Shown: positions 28,051 through 37,900 of the stretch, piece after piece
How positions within the stretch are numbered: position 1 is the first letter of the stretch
How the letters are laid out: every line of letters starts with the position of its first letter
From: a virus
Lineage: Duplodnaviria > Caudoviricetes
Virus record (IMG/VR): IMGVR_UViG_3300047550_003005
Coordinates: 1 to 54,387 of that record
Length of the DNA: 54,387 nt
Direction: 5' to 3' (one strand)
The notes under the pieces: model-generated
Told to the model about the DNA's origin: nothing
The model's database searches: none
Seen by the model: the letters and a program-made list of their open reading frames with translations, nothing else
Translations under genes and position numbers: made by a program

Positions 28051-29628
28051 ATGCCATTCAGTTCAGAGGCTGGCAAAGCCAGCATAGCATGGGCGTTGTC
28101 ACATATCCCGGTTCCTAAAACAGCATTGGATATTGGCTGCGGCCAAGGCACATACGCCAAGATGTTTCCAAAGCTCCAGTGGACTGGAGTGGAAATTTGG
28201 GAACCATACGTTGAAAAATATGGTCTAAAAGACCTCTACCCAAGCCTTCAAATTGCCGATGCCCGTGAATGGGATACGGATGAGCATTTTGATGTGTGCT
28301 TCCTTGGCGATGTGCTGGAGCATATGCCAGCGGATCATGCCATGGAATTGGTGGAAAGGGCCAAGCAGTGGGCTGACACGGTGGTGATCAGCATCCCGCT
28401 GGGGCATTATCCGCAGGGCGAGTATGACGGAAACCCATATGAAGCCCATGTGGTGGACCATTGGACTGACGCTCAGGTAAGGCAGGCATTTGGTGAGCCC
28501 ACTTGGTCTGACATTGACCGCGAAATTGGTGTCTATGTCTATTCCAAGCATGAGATTCGGTTGCGAATTGCCGTCTATGCCATCAGCAAGAACGAAAAGC
28601 AGTTTGTTGAGCGCTTTTGCAAATCAGCCGAAGGTGCCGATTGTATCCTGATTGCAGATACCGGCAGTGATGATGGCACGGTTGAGGAGGCCCAGCGCTG
28701 CGGGGCTGCCGTGACCAGCATTTACATTAATCCATGGCGGTTTGATCATGCCAGGAATGCTGCCCTGGCCGTGATCCCGCGCGATATTGATGTCTGCATC
28801 AGCCTTGATCTTGATGAAATGCTTGAACCCGGCTGGCGGGAAGAGATTGAGCGCGTTTGGACACCCAGAACCACCCGTTTGCGCTATTATTTCGATTGGG
28901 GTGCTGGCATCCGGTTCAAATATGAGAAGATTCATGCCCGGAAAGGGTACTTCTGGCATCATCCGTGCCACGAATACCCGGTTGCTGATGGTCGGATCGT
29001 GGAAAACTGGGCCAATTCAGAGATGCTGCTGGTCAGCCATCATCCAGACCCCACCAAAAGCCGTGGCCAGTACCTGGATTTGTTGGCTTTGTCGGTTAAG
29101 GAAGACCCGCACTGCCCACGCAATGCCTTCTATTACGCCCGCGAGCTGACCTTCAATTACCGCTGGCATGATGCCATCAAAGAATTGCACAGGTATCTGG
29201 ATTTGCCGCATGCCAACTGGCCGAATGAGCGGTGCTATGCCTACCGGCTGCTTGGGAAAGCCCATGGCGAGCTTGGTGATCAGGTTCAATCCGAAAAATT
29301 CTACCAACTTGCCGCCAGTGAAGCGCCAGGAACCCGTGAGCCATGGTGTGAGCTTGCGATGCTCTATTACCGGCAGCACCGCTGGCCAGACTGCTATGCG
29401 GCCTCCATGCGGGCTTTAGAAATCAAAGACAAGCAACTGGTCTATACCTGTGATCCCGCTGTCTGGGGCCATTGGGCGCATGATCTGGCGTCAATTTCGG
29501 CCTGGAATATGGGCATGAAAGAGGTTGCCTTGGAGCAGGGTAAATTGGCTTTAATGCATTCGCCTGAAGATGCTAGGCTGCAAGCCAATTTGGCTTTCAT
29601 GGCAGGAATTCAGCAAGAGGCCGCCTGA
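28051..29628 (+). CDS. SAM methyltransferase + GT2 glycosyltransferase + TPR fusion
   Basis: LDIGCGQG and GDVLEH (class I MTase); SKNE, DTGSDDGT, FDHARNAAL, DLDE, HE (GT2); Tyr/Ala helical TPR C-terminus. Confidence 0.85.
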   Translation: MPFSSEAGKASIAWALSHIPVPKTALDIGCGQGTYAKMFPKLQWTGVEIWEPYVEKYGLKDLYPSLQIADAREWDTDEHFDVCFLGDVLEHMPADHAMELVERAKQWADTVVISIPLGHYPQGEYDGNPYEAHVVDHWTDAQVRQAFGEPTWSDIDREIGVYVYSKHEIRLRIAVYAISKNEKQFVERFCKSAEGADCILIADTGSDDGTVEEAQRCGAAVTSIYINPWRFDHARNAALAVIPRDIDVCISLDLDEMLEPGWREEIERVWTPRTTRLRYYFDWGAGIRFKYEKIHARKGYFWHHPCHEYPVADGRIVENWANSEMLLVSHHPDPTKSRGQYLDLLALSVKEDPHCPRNAFYYARELTFNYRWHDAIKELHRYLDLPHANWPNERCYAYRLLGKAHGELGDQVQSEKFYQLAASEAPGTREPWCELAMLYYRQHRWPDCYAASMRALEIKDKQLVYTCDPAVWGHWAHDLASISAWNMGMKEVALEQGKLALMHSPEDARLQANLAFMAGIQQEAA

Positions 29629-30092
29629 TGGAAATACCCAAGCTCACGCCGGTCATTCAGTTTGCCACAGCCAGCTTCGCGCTGGCTGTCGGCGGCTATA
29701 CGGCTGGCGAGAAGTTTGGGTGGTTCAAGAATGAGATCATTGCCTGGGCGCCGGAACATTTCAAAATTGAGCCCGCCAAGATTGGGCAGCCAATTACTGT
29801 CACGGTGGCCAGGATCAAAAAGCGTGATGATTGTTCTGTAGAGGGTTTCAATGTGACGGTGCGTGATGGCGGCGGCATGATCCATGAGGCCACGCCCAGC
29901 ATGACACGTTTTACCGGCCCTGCCGGGCCTGAGATCGACACGTTTACCTATTTGTTGACCCTTTCCGAGAAAGAGCCTGTGACGGCTGGCAGGGCCACCT
30001 TGCTTGCCACCATCAAATATAAATGCCCGGAAGGTGAACGGACTGTAACCTACCCCAGGCATCAGAACCTAATCTTTATGCTGGAGAAGTGA
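29628..30092 (+). CDS. Membrane-anchored hypothetical protein
   Basis: N-terminal hydrophobic helix, Ig-like beta domain with two Cys; TGATG overlap. Confidence 0.65.
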   Translation: MEIPKLTPVIQFATASFALAVGGYTAGEKFGWFKNEIIAWAPEHFKIEPAKIGQPITVTVARIKKRDDCSVEGFNVTVRDGGGMIHEATPSMTRFTGPAGPEIDTFTYLLTLSEKEPVTAGRATLLATIKYKCPEGERTVTYPRHQNLIFMLEK

Positions 30093-30093
30093 C

Positions 30094-30609
30094 ATGGAAA
30101 GCCTGCTGAACCTTGTGCGTACAGTCGCTCCCAGCATCGCCAGCGCCGTAGGCGGCCCCTTGGCTGGCATGGCCACTAGGGCGATCTCAGAAGCCCTCCT
30201 GGGCAAGCCTGATGGCTCTGAGCAGGAATTGACGGAAGCAGCGGCCAGAGCGACCCCGGAACAGCTCCTGGCGCTGAAGCAGGCCGAGCAAGACTTCGCT
30301 GTGAAGATGCGCGAATTGGACATTGACTTGGAGCGGATCGCCAATGCGGATCGCGATAGTGCGCGCAATCGTGAGGTTGCCACCAGGGATTGGACGCCAC
30401 GCATTTTGGCGGGGCTGATTACGGCTGGCTATTTCGGTGTGCTGTTTTACATGCTCAGGAATGGCTTGCCGCAGCATGGTGGGTCTGAGGCCATGCTTGT
30501 AATGCTTGGCACCCTGGGAACCGCCTGGGGCGGCGTGGTGGCCTATTATTTCGGCTCCTCGGCTGGCTCCAAAGCCAAGGATGAAGCTATGCGTAGAAAT
30601 TCCAAATGA
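30094..30609 (+). CDS. Holin-like protein (3TM/GTA-holin type)
   Basis: APSIASAVGGPLAG, DRDSARNRE, TM segments, YYFGSSAGS. Confidence 0.7.
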   Translation: MESLLNLVRTVAPSIASAVGGPLAGMATRAISEALLGKPDGSEQELTEAAARATPEQLLALKQAEQDFAVKMRELDIDLERIANADRDSARNREVATRDWTPRILAGLITAGYFGVLFYMLRNGLPQHGGSEAMLVMLGTLGTAWGGVVAYYFGSSAGSKAKDEAMRRNSK

Positions 30610-30659
30610 CTTGGGCTACAAAGCTGGTTTAATATCCCTCCCGGCAAGGGGTTTCGCCT

Positions 30660-31379
30660 ATGACCACAGGTTTGACGTATAGCCAGTATGTGAGCGAGAT
30701 CGCCACCCTTGCGGTTGTGCCTTCTGACGACCCCAATTTCGTGGAAATCCTGCCGCAGATGATCACCTATGCGGAAAACAGGATTTACCGCGATTTGGAC
30801 CTGCTGGAGACTGTCACCGCGATAAGCTCCTACACAACCGCCCTAAATGGCCGCACGGTCACTTTCCCGATTGCTGACTTCATCACGGTGCAGGAGGTGA
30901 ATGTCATCACCCCTGCTGGCACCACCATCCCTGACAATGGCACCAGGACGGCCCTGCTGCCCGTGACCAAGGAATGGATGAATTACAACTACGTCAGCAG
31001 CGCATCGGCGGCGGTGCCGTACTATTTCGCGATGTTCAACCAGAACACGATCATCCTTGGCCCCTGGGCGGATGACACCTACACCATCGAAATTGTGGGG
31101 ACGTTCCGCCCGGATTCGCTGTCTGCGTCCAACACTTCTACCTTTGTGTCGCTCTATCTGCCTGATCTGATGATCATGGCTTCCATGATTTATATCAGCG
31201 CCTTCCAGCGCAACTTCATCTCGGCGGCAGCCAATGACCCGCAGATGCCGGTCAACTATGAGACTCAGTATCAGACTTTGCTGAAGGGGGCGATGGTTGA
31301 AGAGGCGCGTAAGAAGTTCCAATCGGCTGGCTGGACTTCCATGTCGCCTGCTCCTGTGGCTTCGCCGACCAGAGGATAA
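30660..31379 (+). CDS. Tail/head-completion adaptor protein
   Basis: AENRIYRDL, P.Y.AM, GP.AD..Y.IE, N..T..S.Y.PDL motifs. Confidence 0.65.
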   Translation: MTTGLTYSQYVSEIATLAVVPSDDPNFVEILPQMITYAENRIYRDLDLLETVTAISSYTTALNGRTVTFPIADFITVQEVNVITPAGTTIPDNGTRTALLPVTKEWMNYNYVSSASAAVPYYFAMFNQNTIILGPWADDTYTIEIVGTFRPDSLSASNTSTFVSLYLPDLMIMASMIYISAFQRNFISAAANDPQMPVNYETQYQTLLKGAMVEEARKKFQSAGWTSMSPAPVASPTRG

Positions 31380-31382
31380 GGT

Positions 31383-33497
31383 ATGCCTCACGCCACGCTC
31401 AAGCTGATCCCAGGGGTTGATCAAAACCGGACACCGGCTTTGAACGAGGCTGCTTTGTCTGAAAGCCAGCTCATTCGGTTTGTGCAGGATCGTCAGGGTT
31501 TGGGATTGCCTCAAAAGCTTGGCGGTTGGACACGGTATTACCCAAATGCTTTGGCTGCCACGCCTAGGGCTATGTTGGCTTGGCAGGACAACAATGGTCA
31601 GCAGTATCTAGCGGTTGGGTGCGAAGCCCCTGCATCTATTGCTGTGCCACCGCCCGGCGCCCCTATTTATGTCATCAATAATGGCACGGCCAGAAACCTT
31701 GTGCCTCAAGTTGATCGGCATGATGTCGCGGTAGATGTCACGACAACAACGACATCAAACAGCGTCATAATTGAAGACACCGCCAGTAATATGACTGACT
31801 ATAATGCGGTTTTTGTTTTGACGCACATTTCGGTTGGGGGCGTCATTATTTTTGGTTTTTACAGAACCTATCAGGTCAGCGCCAATACTTATGAGATTTT
31901 TTTGACTGATGCTTTAGGCAATCCATTGATACCTACCACGGCTGTCGCAAATGGTGGTTCTGTTGCCGAATTTGATGTGACCAGCGGTTCTTCAGTGGTG
32001 ACTGTGACCTTAAATGATCATGGGTATAATGTCGGGGATACTTATCCAATTTTGGTGTCAACCACTCTTGGTGGTGTGACTTTATTTGGCAATTACACCG
32101 TTACAAGCATTGTCAGTGCTAATGAATTTACCATCAATGCACCGCAGCAAGCCACCTCCACCACAAGCGCGTTCATAAATAGCGGCGATGCTGCTTATGA
32201 TTATTATTATGGGTTTGGCTCTTTAACTGCTGGCAGCGGCTATGGTGTTGGTGGTTATGGCACAGGCGGTTATGGTTCTGGCGTTTCTATTGTTCCTGCC
32301 GGTGGTGATGAATTGGTTGCCACGGATTGGACGCTTGATAATTGGGGGGACACCTTAATTGCCTGCCCAAATGGCTTAACCTTTGGCCCTGCTGTTTCAA
32401 ACCCCCTTGGTGGGCCTATCTACCAATGGTCGCCGCAGGTCAATTCGCCAACACTAGATGTCATCCCTGAAGCTCCTGTCGCTAATGCAGGCATTTTTGT
32501 CGCGATGCCGCAGCGGCAGATTATTGCATGGGGATCAACCTTCAATGGCGTCCAAGACCCACTGTTGATCCGTTGGTGCGATATTGAAAATTATCAGCAG
32601 TGGATTGCTCTGCCGACCAATCAGGCTGGCTCATATCGCATCCCCAAGGGGTCGCAGATTGTTGGATGTATCCAGGGGCCACAACAGGGGCTTGTTTGGA
32701 CCGATCTGGCTCTCTGGGCCATGCAGTATGTTGGCGCCCCTTATGTGTACTCATTTAATGAAATTGGCACTGGCTGCGGCTTGATTGCGCCCAAGGCTGC
32801 TGCATCTTTGAATGGCGTCATTTATTGGATGTCCCAGAGCCAGTTCTTTATGTATGCCAATGGCGGTGTGCAGGGTATTCAATGCCCGATCTGGGATGTG
32901 ATCTTCCAAGACCTTGATACAACCAACCTTGATAAGATCAGGATTGCGGTGAATTCACGATTTAATGAGGTGGCTTGGTTTTATCCCACCATGAGCAATG
33001 GCGGTGAAATCAACGCATATGTGAAGTACAATGTTGGCTTGAACCAGTGGGATTTTGGGACGCTCTCGCGCACGGCATGGATCAACCAGTCAGTGCTTGG
33101 GCCGCCCATTGGCGCGACACCGGAAGGCTTGATCTATCAGCATGAGACTTCTCAAAATGCTGATGGCTTCCCTATGACATCCTACTTTCAGACGGGGTAT
33201 TTCACGCTCTCAGACGGCGATGTTTTGACTTACATTGATCAGTTCTGGCCGGATGCTAAGTGGGGTTATTATGAGGGTGTGCAGGACGCCAACCTGCTTT
33301 TGACGTTTTATGTGCTGAATTACCCCGGCGACACGCCAAAGGTTTATGGGCCTTATGATGTCGTCAAAACCACGCAGTATATTGTGCCGCGCTTCCGTGG
33401 TCGCTTAGTGTCGATCAGGATTGAGAGCAACGACATTGATTCGTTCTGGCGCATGGGTGCAATGCGTTACCGCTTCTCGCCTGATGGGAAATTCTGA
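31383..33497 (+). CDS. Tail nozzle/stabilisation protein (P22 gp10-like)
   Basis: QKLGGW, WTLDNWG, DPLLIRW.D, NQAGS, EVAWFYP, GTLSRTAW, RFRGR motifs. Confidence 0.75.
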   Translation: MPHATLKLIPGVDQNRTPALNEAALSESQLIRFVQDRQGLGLPQKLGGWTRYYPNALAATPRAMLAWQDNNGQQYLAVGCEAPASIAVPPPGAPIYVINNGTARNLVPQVDRHDVAVDVTTTTTSNSVIIEDTASNMTDYNAVFVLTHISVGGVIIFGFYRTYQVSANTYEIFLTDALGNPLIPTTAVANGGSVAEFDVTSGSSVVTVTLNDHGYNVGDTYPILVSTTLGGVTLFGNYTVTSIVSANEFTINAPQQATSTTSAFINSGDAAYDYYYGFGSLTAGSGYGVGGYGTGGYGSGVSIVPAGGDELVATDWTLDNWGDTLIACPNGLTFGPAVSNPLGGPIYQWSPQVNSPTLDVIPEAPVANAGIFVAMPQRQIIAWGSTFNGVQDPLLIRWCDIENYQQWIALPTNQAGSYRIPKGSQIVGCIQGPQQGLVWTDLALWAMQYVGAPYVYSFNEIGTGCGLIAPKAAASLNGVIYWMSQSQFFMYANGGVQGIQCPIWDVIFQDLDTTNLDKIRIAVNSRFNEVAWFYPTMSNGGEINAYVKYNVGLNQWDFGTLSRTAWINQSVLGPPIGATPEGLIYQHETSQNADGFPMTSYFQTGYFTLSDGDVLTYIDQFWPDAKWGYYEGVQDANLLLTFYVLNYPGDTPKVYGPYDVVKTTQYIVPRFRGRLVSIRIESNDIDSFWRMGAMRYRFSPDGKF

Positions 33498-33853
33498 TGG
33501 CAAGTTTAGACGATATCGCAACGATCCAGAAGAACGGTGTCATTGCTGTTAATACGCTGAACCAGACACTTCAGCGCATTTATGGGTCCAATACTTCAGC
33601 GACAGCCTCTGCTGACACCTTAGTGCTTACGGGGCCTGGACGGTTGATCAATGTTTCGGTGACGGTGGCTGGCTCTACTGCCGGGGCCATTCATAATTCT
33701 TCCACCGTGGCGGGGGTTTCAGCGAGCAATATGCTTGCGACAATTGATTCGACTGTTGGGGTTTATCCAATGAACCTGTTGTTTACCAATGGTTTGGTGA
33801 TCGTTGTTGGTACAGGGCAAGAGATGAACGTCACCTATTCGGTGGGGGCATAA
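33497..33853 (+). CDS. Hypothetical structural protein
   Basis: TGATG overlap; beta-rich. Confidence 0.7.
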   Translation: MASLDDIATIQKNGVIAVNTLNQTLQRIYGSNTSATASADTLVLTGPGRLINVSVTVAGSTAGAIHNSSTVAGVSASNMLATIDSTVGVYPMNLLFTNGLVIVVGTGQEMNVTYSVGA

Positions 33854-33854
33854 G

Positions 33855-34412
33855 ATGCCATTGAAGCGCGGCAAATCGCAGAAGACGATTTCTTCTAATA
33901 TCAGGGAGATGATCCATGCCGGGCATCCGCGTGATCAGGCCATTGCTGCCGCGCTGAATATTGCCAGGAAGAAGGCTGCCGAAGGCGGCATGCGCCTTGG
34001 TGTGGACAACCCACAGCCTGAGAAAATCCATGTGGGGCCGATCCACAGCGCGGTGGCCGGGCGTACTGATCACCTGCCGGTGCATGTGGCGTCTGGCTCT
34101 TATGTGATCCCGGCAGACATCATTTCGGCCATGGGCGAAGGCAATTCCATGGCTGGCTTTAAGGTTTCAGACCGTATTTTTCGCGATCCAGAGGGGGATC
34201 GTGAGCCTCACAAGAACCCTGCTTTTGCTGACGTAGAAACGGTTCCTGTGGTTGTAGCGGGTGGGGAATATATCATCAGCCCGCAAGATGTAATTCACCT
34301 GGGTGGTGGCTCGATGGAGGACGGGCATCGGATGCTGGATGAATTCGTGAAACAATACCGGCAGAAGACCATTAAGACCCTCCAGGCTTTGCCGGGACCA
34401 AAGAAGGATTGA
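33855..34412 (+). CDS. Conserved protein with AAEGG and two GE/S[Y]V-type modules
   Basis: MPLKRGKSQKTISSNIRE...QAIAAAL; GRTDHLP...SGSYVIPAD..S..G.G; AGGEYIISP.DV..LG.G. Confidence 0.75.
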   Translation: MPLKRGKSQKTISSNIREMIHAGHPRDQAIAAALNIARKKAAEGGMRLGVDNPQPEKIHVGPIHSAVAGRTDHLPVHVASGSYVIPADIISAMGEGNSMAGFKVSDRIFRDPEGDREPHKNPAFADVETVPVVVAGGEYIISPQDVIHLGGGSMEDGHRMLDEFVKQYRQKTIKTLQALPGPKKD

Positions 34413-34418
34413 GGACTG

Positions 34419-34907
34419 ATGTCCGAAGATATTAGGGTCCGAATTGCCACGCCTGATGATGTCCATGATCTCATGGAATTGGCGATGCTTGCTTGTGATG
34501 AAAACGGGTTTGTGAACCCAAACCCGGTGAAGCTTTTGAACGAGATTTACCCGGCTTTAACCCTGCAATCTGGTATTGTGGGGGTTATTGGGAAGGCGGG
34601 TGAAAAGCCCGAAGCGGCCATTCTGCTTCGGGTCGGGAATGTCTGGTACTCAGATAATCCCGTCCTTGAGGAGCGGGCGATCTTCGTCCATCCTGATTTC
34701 CGTAGCGCGAAGGGTGGCAGGGCTGCCAAGCTCTGCAAGTTCGCCAAGGAAACGTCTGATAAATTGGGTTTGCCCCTGATGATTGGTGTGTTAAGTAATG
34801 ACCGTACTGCGGCCAAAATCCGCATGTATGAACGTCAATTTGGCTCGCCTTCGGGGGTGTACTTCCTGTATCAAGCCCAAACAGGGGGCTGGAAAGAGGC
34901 ATCATGA
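34419..34907 (+). CDS. GNAT-fold protein (internal virion/assembly protein)
   Basis: VRIATPDDV, IFVHPDFRSAKGG; directly upstream of ejection genes. Confidence 0.7.
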   Translation: MSEDIRVRIATPDDVHDLMELAMLACDENGFVNPNPVKLLNEIYPALTLQSGIVGVIGKAGEKPEAAILLRVGNVWYSDNPVLEERAIFVHPDFRSAKGGRAAKLCKFAKETSDKLGLPLMIGVLSNDRTAAKIRMYERQFGSPSGVYFLYQAQTGGWKEAS

Positions 34908-37900
34908 GCGGTGGTGGTAAGAGCAGCACAAGTACCTCCTCGGTATCCATCCCGCCAGAGGTTTTGGCCCGGTATAATGCGGTAAATGCTCGCGCCGAGC
35001 AGGTCGCGCAGCAACCTTTCACGCCGTATGGCGGGCAGTTTGTCGCTCCTCTTACCCAAACGCAGCAGGCTGGCATTTCCAATGTCAGCCAAGCCGCTGG
35101 CGCCGCGCAGCCCTATTATCAGGCTGCCGGTACGGCGTTGCTTGGCGGTGCAGCGCAGGCCCAGCCTTATTATCAGGCGGCTACCCAAGACATCTATGGC
35201 GGTCAGGCGGCTGCCGCGCCGTTGCAGGCTGCGGCGGCCCAGAACATCGCTGGCGCCCAGGCTGCTGCCCAGCCTTATCAGGGCATGGCCACCGGATTTG
35301 GCCTTGCTGGTGCGCGGCAGATCGCGCCGGGCGGCTTGAATGTCGGCGCCTATATGTCGCCCTATACCGAGGCTGTGGCGCAGCCCACCTATCAGGCTTT
35401 GCGGCAGCAGCAGGAGCAAGAGCGCCAGCGGATGCTTGGTGAGCAAATCCGTGGCGGTGCCTTTGGTGGTGATCGCGGGCGGATTGCCCAGGCTAATTTG
35501 GCCCAGCAGCAAAACCTTGCCACCGCCCAGGCGTTGGGGAACATTTACCAGCAAGGCTATGGGCAGGCGCTTGGCGCGGCCCAGCAGCAGCAGGGCGTGG
35601 CTTTGCAGGCCGAGCAGGCCAACCGGCAGGCGCAGCAGCAGGCCGCCCAACAGTTCCTCGGCATTGGCCAGCAGGCATTTGGCCAGGGGGCGCAGACTGC
35701 CCAGCAGCAGGCGGCATTGGGCCAGCAGCTATTTGGCCAGGGCGCCCAGGCTGCCCAGGCGCAGCAGGCGCTTGGGCAGGGGCTGTATGGCATTGGGGCT
35801 GGCGTCAGCCAGGGGCTGGCCGGGCTTGGCACTGGCGCGCAGCAGGCAGCCTTGCAGGGCGGTCAGGCGCAGCTTGCGGCTGGTACGGTGGAGCAGCAGA
35901 CCCAGCAGGCGCAGAATCAGGCGCTGTACAACCAGTTCTTGCAGCAGCAGGGCTACCCGTTCCAAGTGGCGCAGTTCCTGGCGAACATCGCCATGGGTAC
36001 GGGCGCGCTGTCTGGATCGACCACGACCACCACGCAGCCTTCATCGTTCTTCTCGGATGAGCGATTGAAGCATGATATTGAGCCCATCGGTAAGACCTTT
36101 GATGGTCAGGACATCGTGCGGTTCAAATACAAGGGCGAGCCCGGCACCCGGATCGGCCTTGTGGCGCAGGATGTTGAGAAGAAGCATCCAGAGGCCGTGG
36201 GGCTGGCTGGCGGCTACAAGACGGTAGATTATGACGCCGCGACCGATGAGGCCGCCGCACGGGCTCCTAAAGCCTATGGTGGCGGTCTGAATCCGTGGGA
36301 TGGCAATTCCATGGGTGGTGGCGTGTTCCGTGAGGATGCTGGTCAGGGGTTTGCTGCTGGCGGTGCGCCGGGTGGTGATGATGTCCTGGCGCAGATCAAT
36401 GCGCTGGTGAATGCCCATCAGGGCATGTTCCCGTATGGCAAGGCGGGCCTGTACGGCGGCGGCATGGGGAAGGCTGGGCCTTATGGTTCCACGCTGATGC
36501 AGGCGCCTAGCCGTAATTTACTGACAGCACCAGCACCTCGGCAGCAGGCTCCTTATGATGTGCGGCAGGCCATGCGCGATGTTGGTGATATCGCAGGCAT
36601 GCCTGAGCGTATCCAGAAGGGTTATGCCGGTGCCAAGGCAGGTTTGGTTGGTTCTCCTGGACAGACCACCACGACGACCAGCCCTTCCGGCCAAACCACC
36701 ACACAGACAACGCCATCCTCTGGCGGATTGGCTGGCGAGGGCGGCAGATTGCAATGGCAGGGAAGCTGGGGGCAGCAGTTTGTTGAGGGCGCCCGCGAAG
36801 CTGCGCAGGATGTTGCTGCTGCTTTCGGTTATGCTCATGGCGGCACTATTCGTCCAGGCTTTTCTGTTGGTGGTTTGCCGTATAGCCAAGCAACTGACGA
36901 ATATGTCCCCGAAGATATCAGCAAACCTATTACTCCTGGTAAACTTGAAGCCCCAAAACCGGGTGGGCAACAATCTAATGATGGCAAACAGCTTTTGGAT
37001 TTTGCAAAAACTGCTGCGGCAATTTATGGCGCTGGCGCGGCCACCGGAGGCGCAATTCGGCGCCATTATGAAGATGGCGGATTTGCCGACATAGGCAATT
37101 ATGGTGGTTTTGGTGGTGATAATTATGAGGGTGGTTTAAGCCCGCAAAAATTTGAAACGCCAGATTCTCGTCCCTCTTCAATTCTTGATCAAAAGGATGG
37201 CAAAAACGACAAAAACAATACCTCATCCGCACAAATTAATCCGGGTGTGCTGTCGCCAAGCGCGGGTGGTCATTATGATCCCAGTAAAGATGATGCGCAA
37301 ACTGCGGCATCATTGGCAGCTATAGCTGCTGCGGTTATGCTTTCTGATCGCGGGTTGAAAGAAAACATTGAGCCTATCGGCAAACTTTTTGATGGACAAA
37401 ATGTGTATCGCTACAATTTCAAGGGTGACGACAAAAAGCAAATTGGCTTGATGGCGCAGGAGGTTGAGAAGAAATACCCTGATGCTGTTGGGCTTGCGCC
37501 GCGCAAGGGGTATCAGCAGGGCGGTGGCCCGAATGTTCCTGAAGCGTATCAATCCATTGTTGAAGAGGTGGCGCGCGAAAGGGGCGTTCCGCCGCATATT
37601 CTTGGCGCTGTTCTGCGTCATGAATCTGGCTTCAATCCTGAAGCGCGTGGGCAGGCTGGAGAAATCGGCCTGGGGCAGATTTTGCCCAGCACAGCGCGCA
37701 GGCCAGGGTTTGGCCTTAATCCTGCGACCGAAGAAGAATTGCGCGATCCTCGGCGCAATATTGATTTCTCTGCCTCTTATATTGCGGCCCGCAATCCGAA
37801 TGTTGATTGGTCCAATCCAGTCGCGGCGGCGCGGGCTTTGGCTACCAATTACAATGCCGGTGGTGATCCCAATTATGCTGAAAAGGTCATCCGCTATTTC

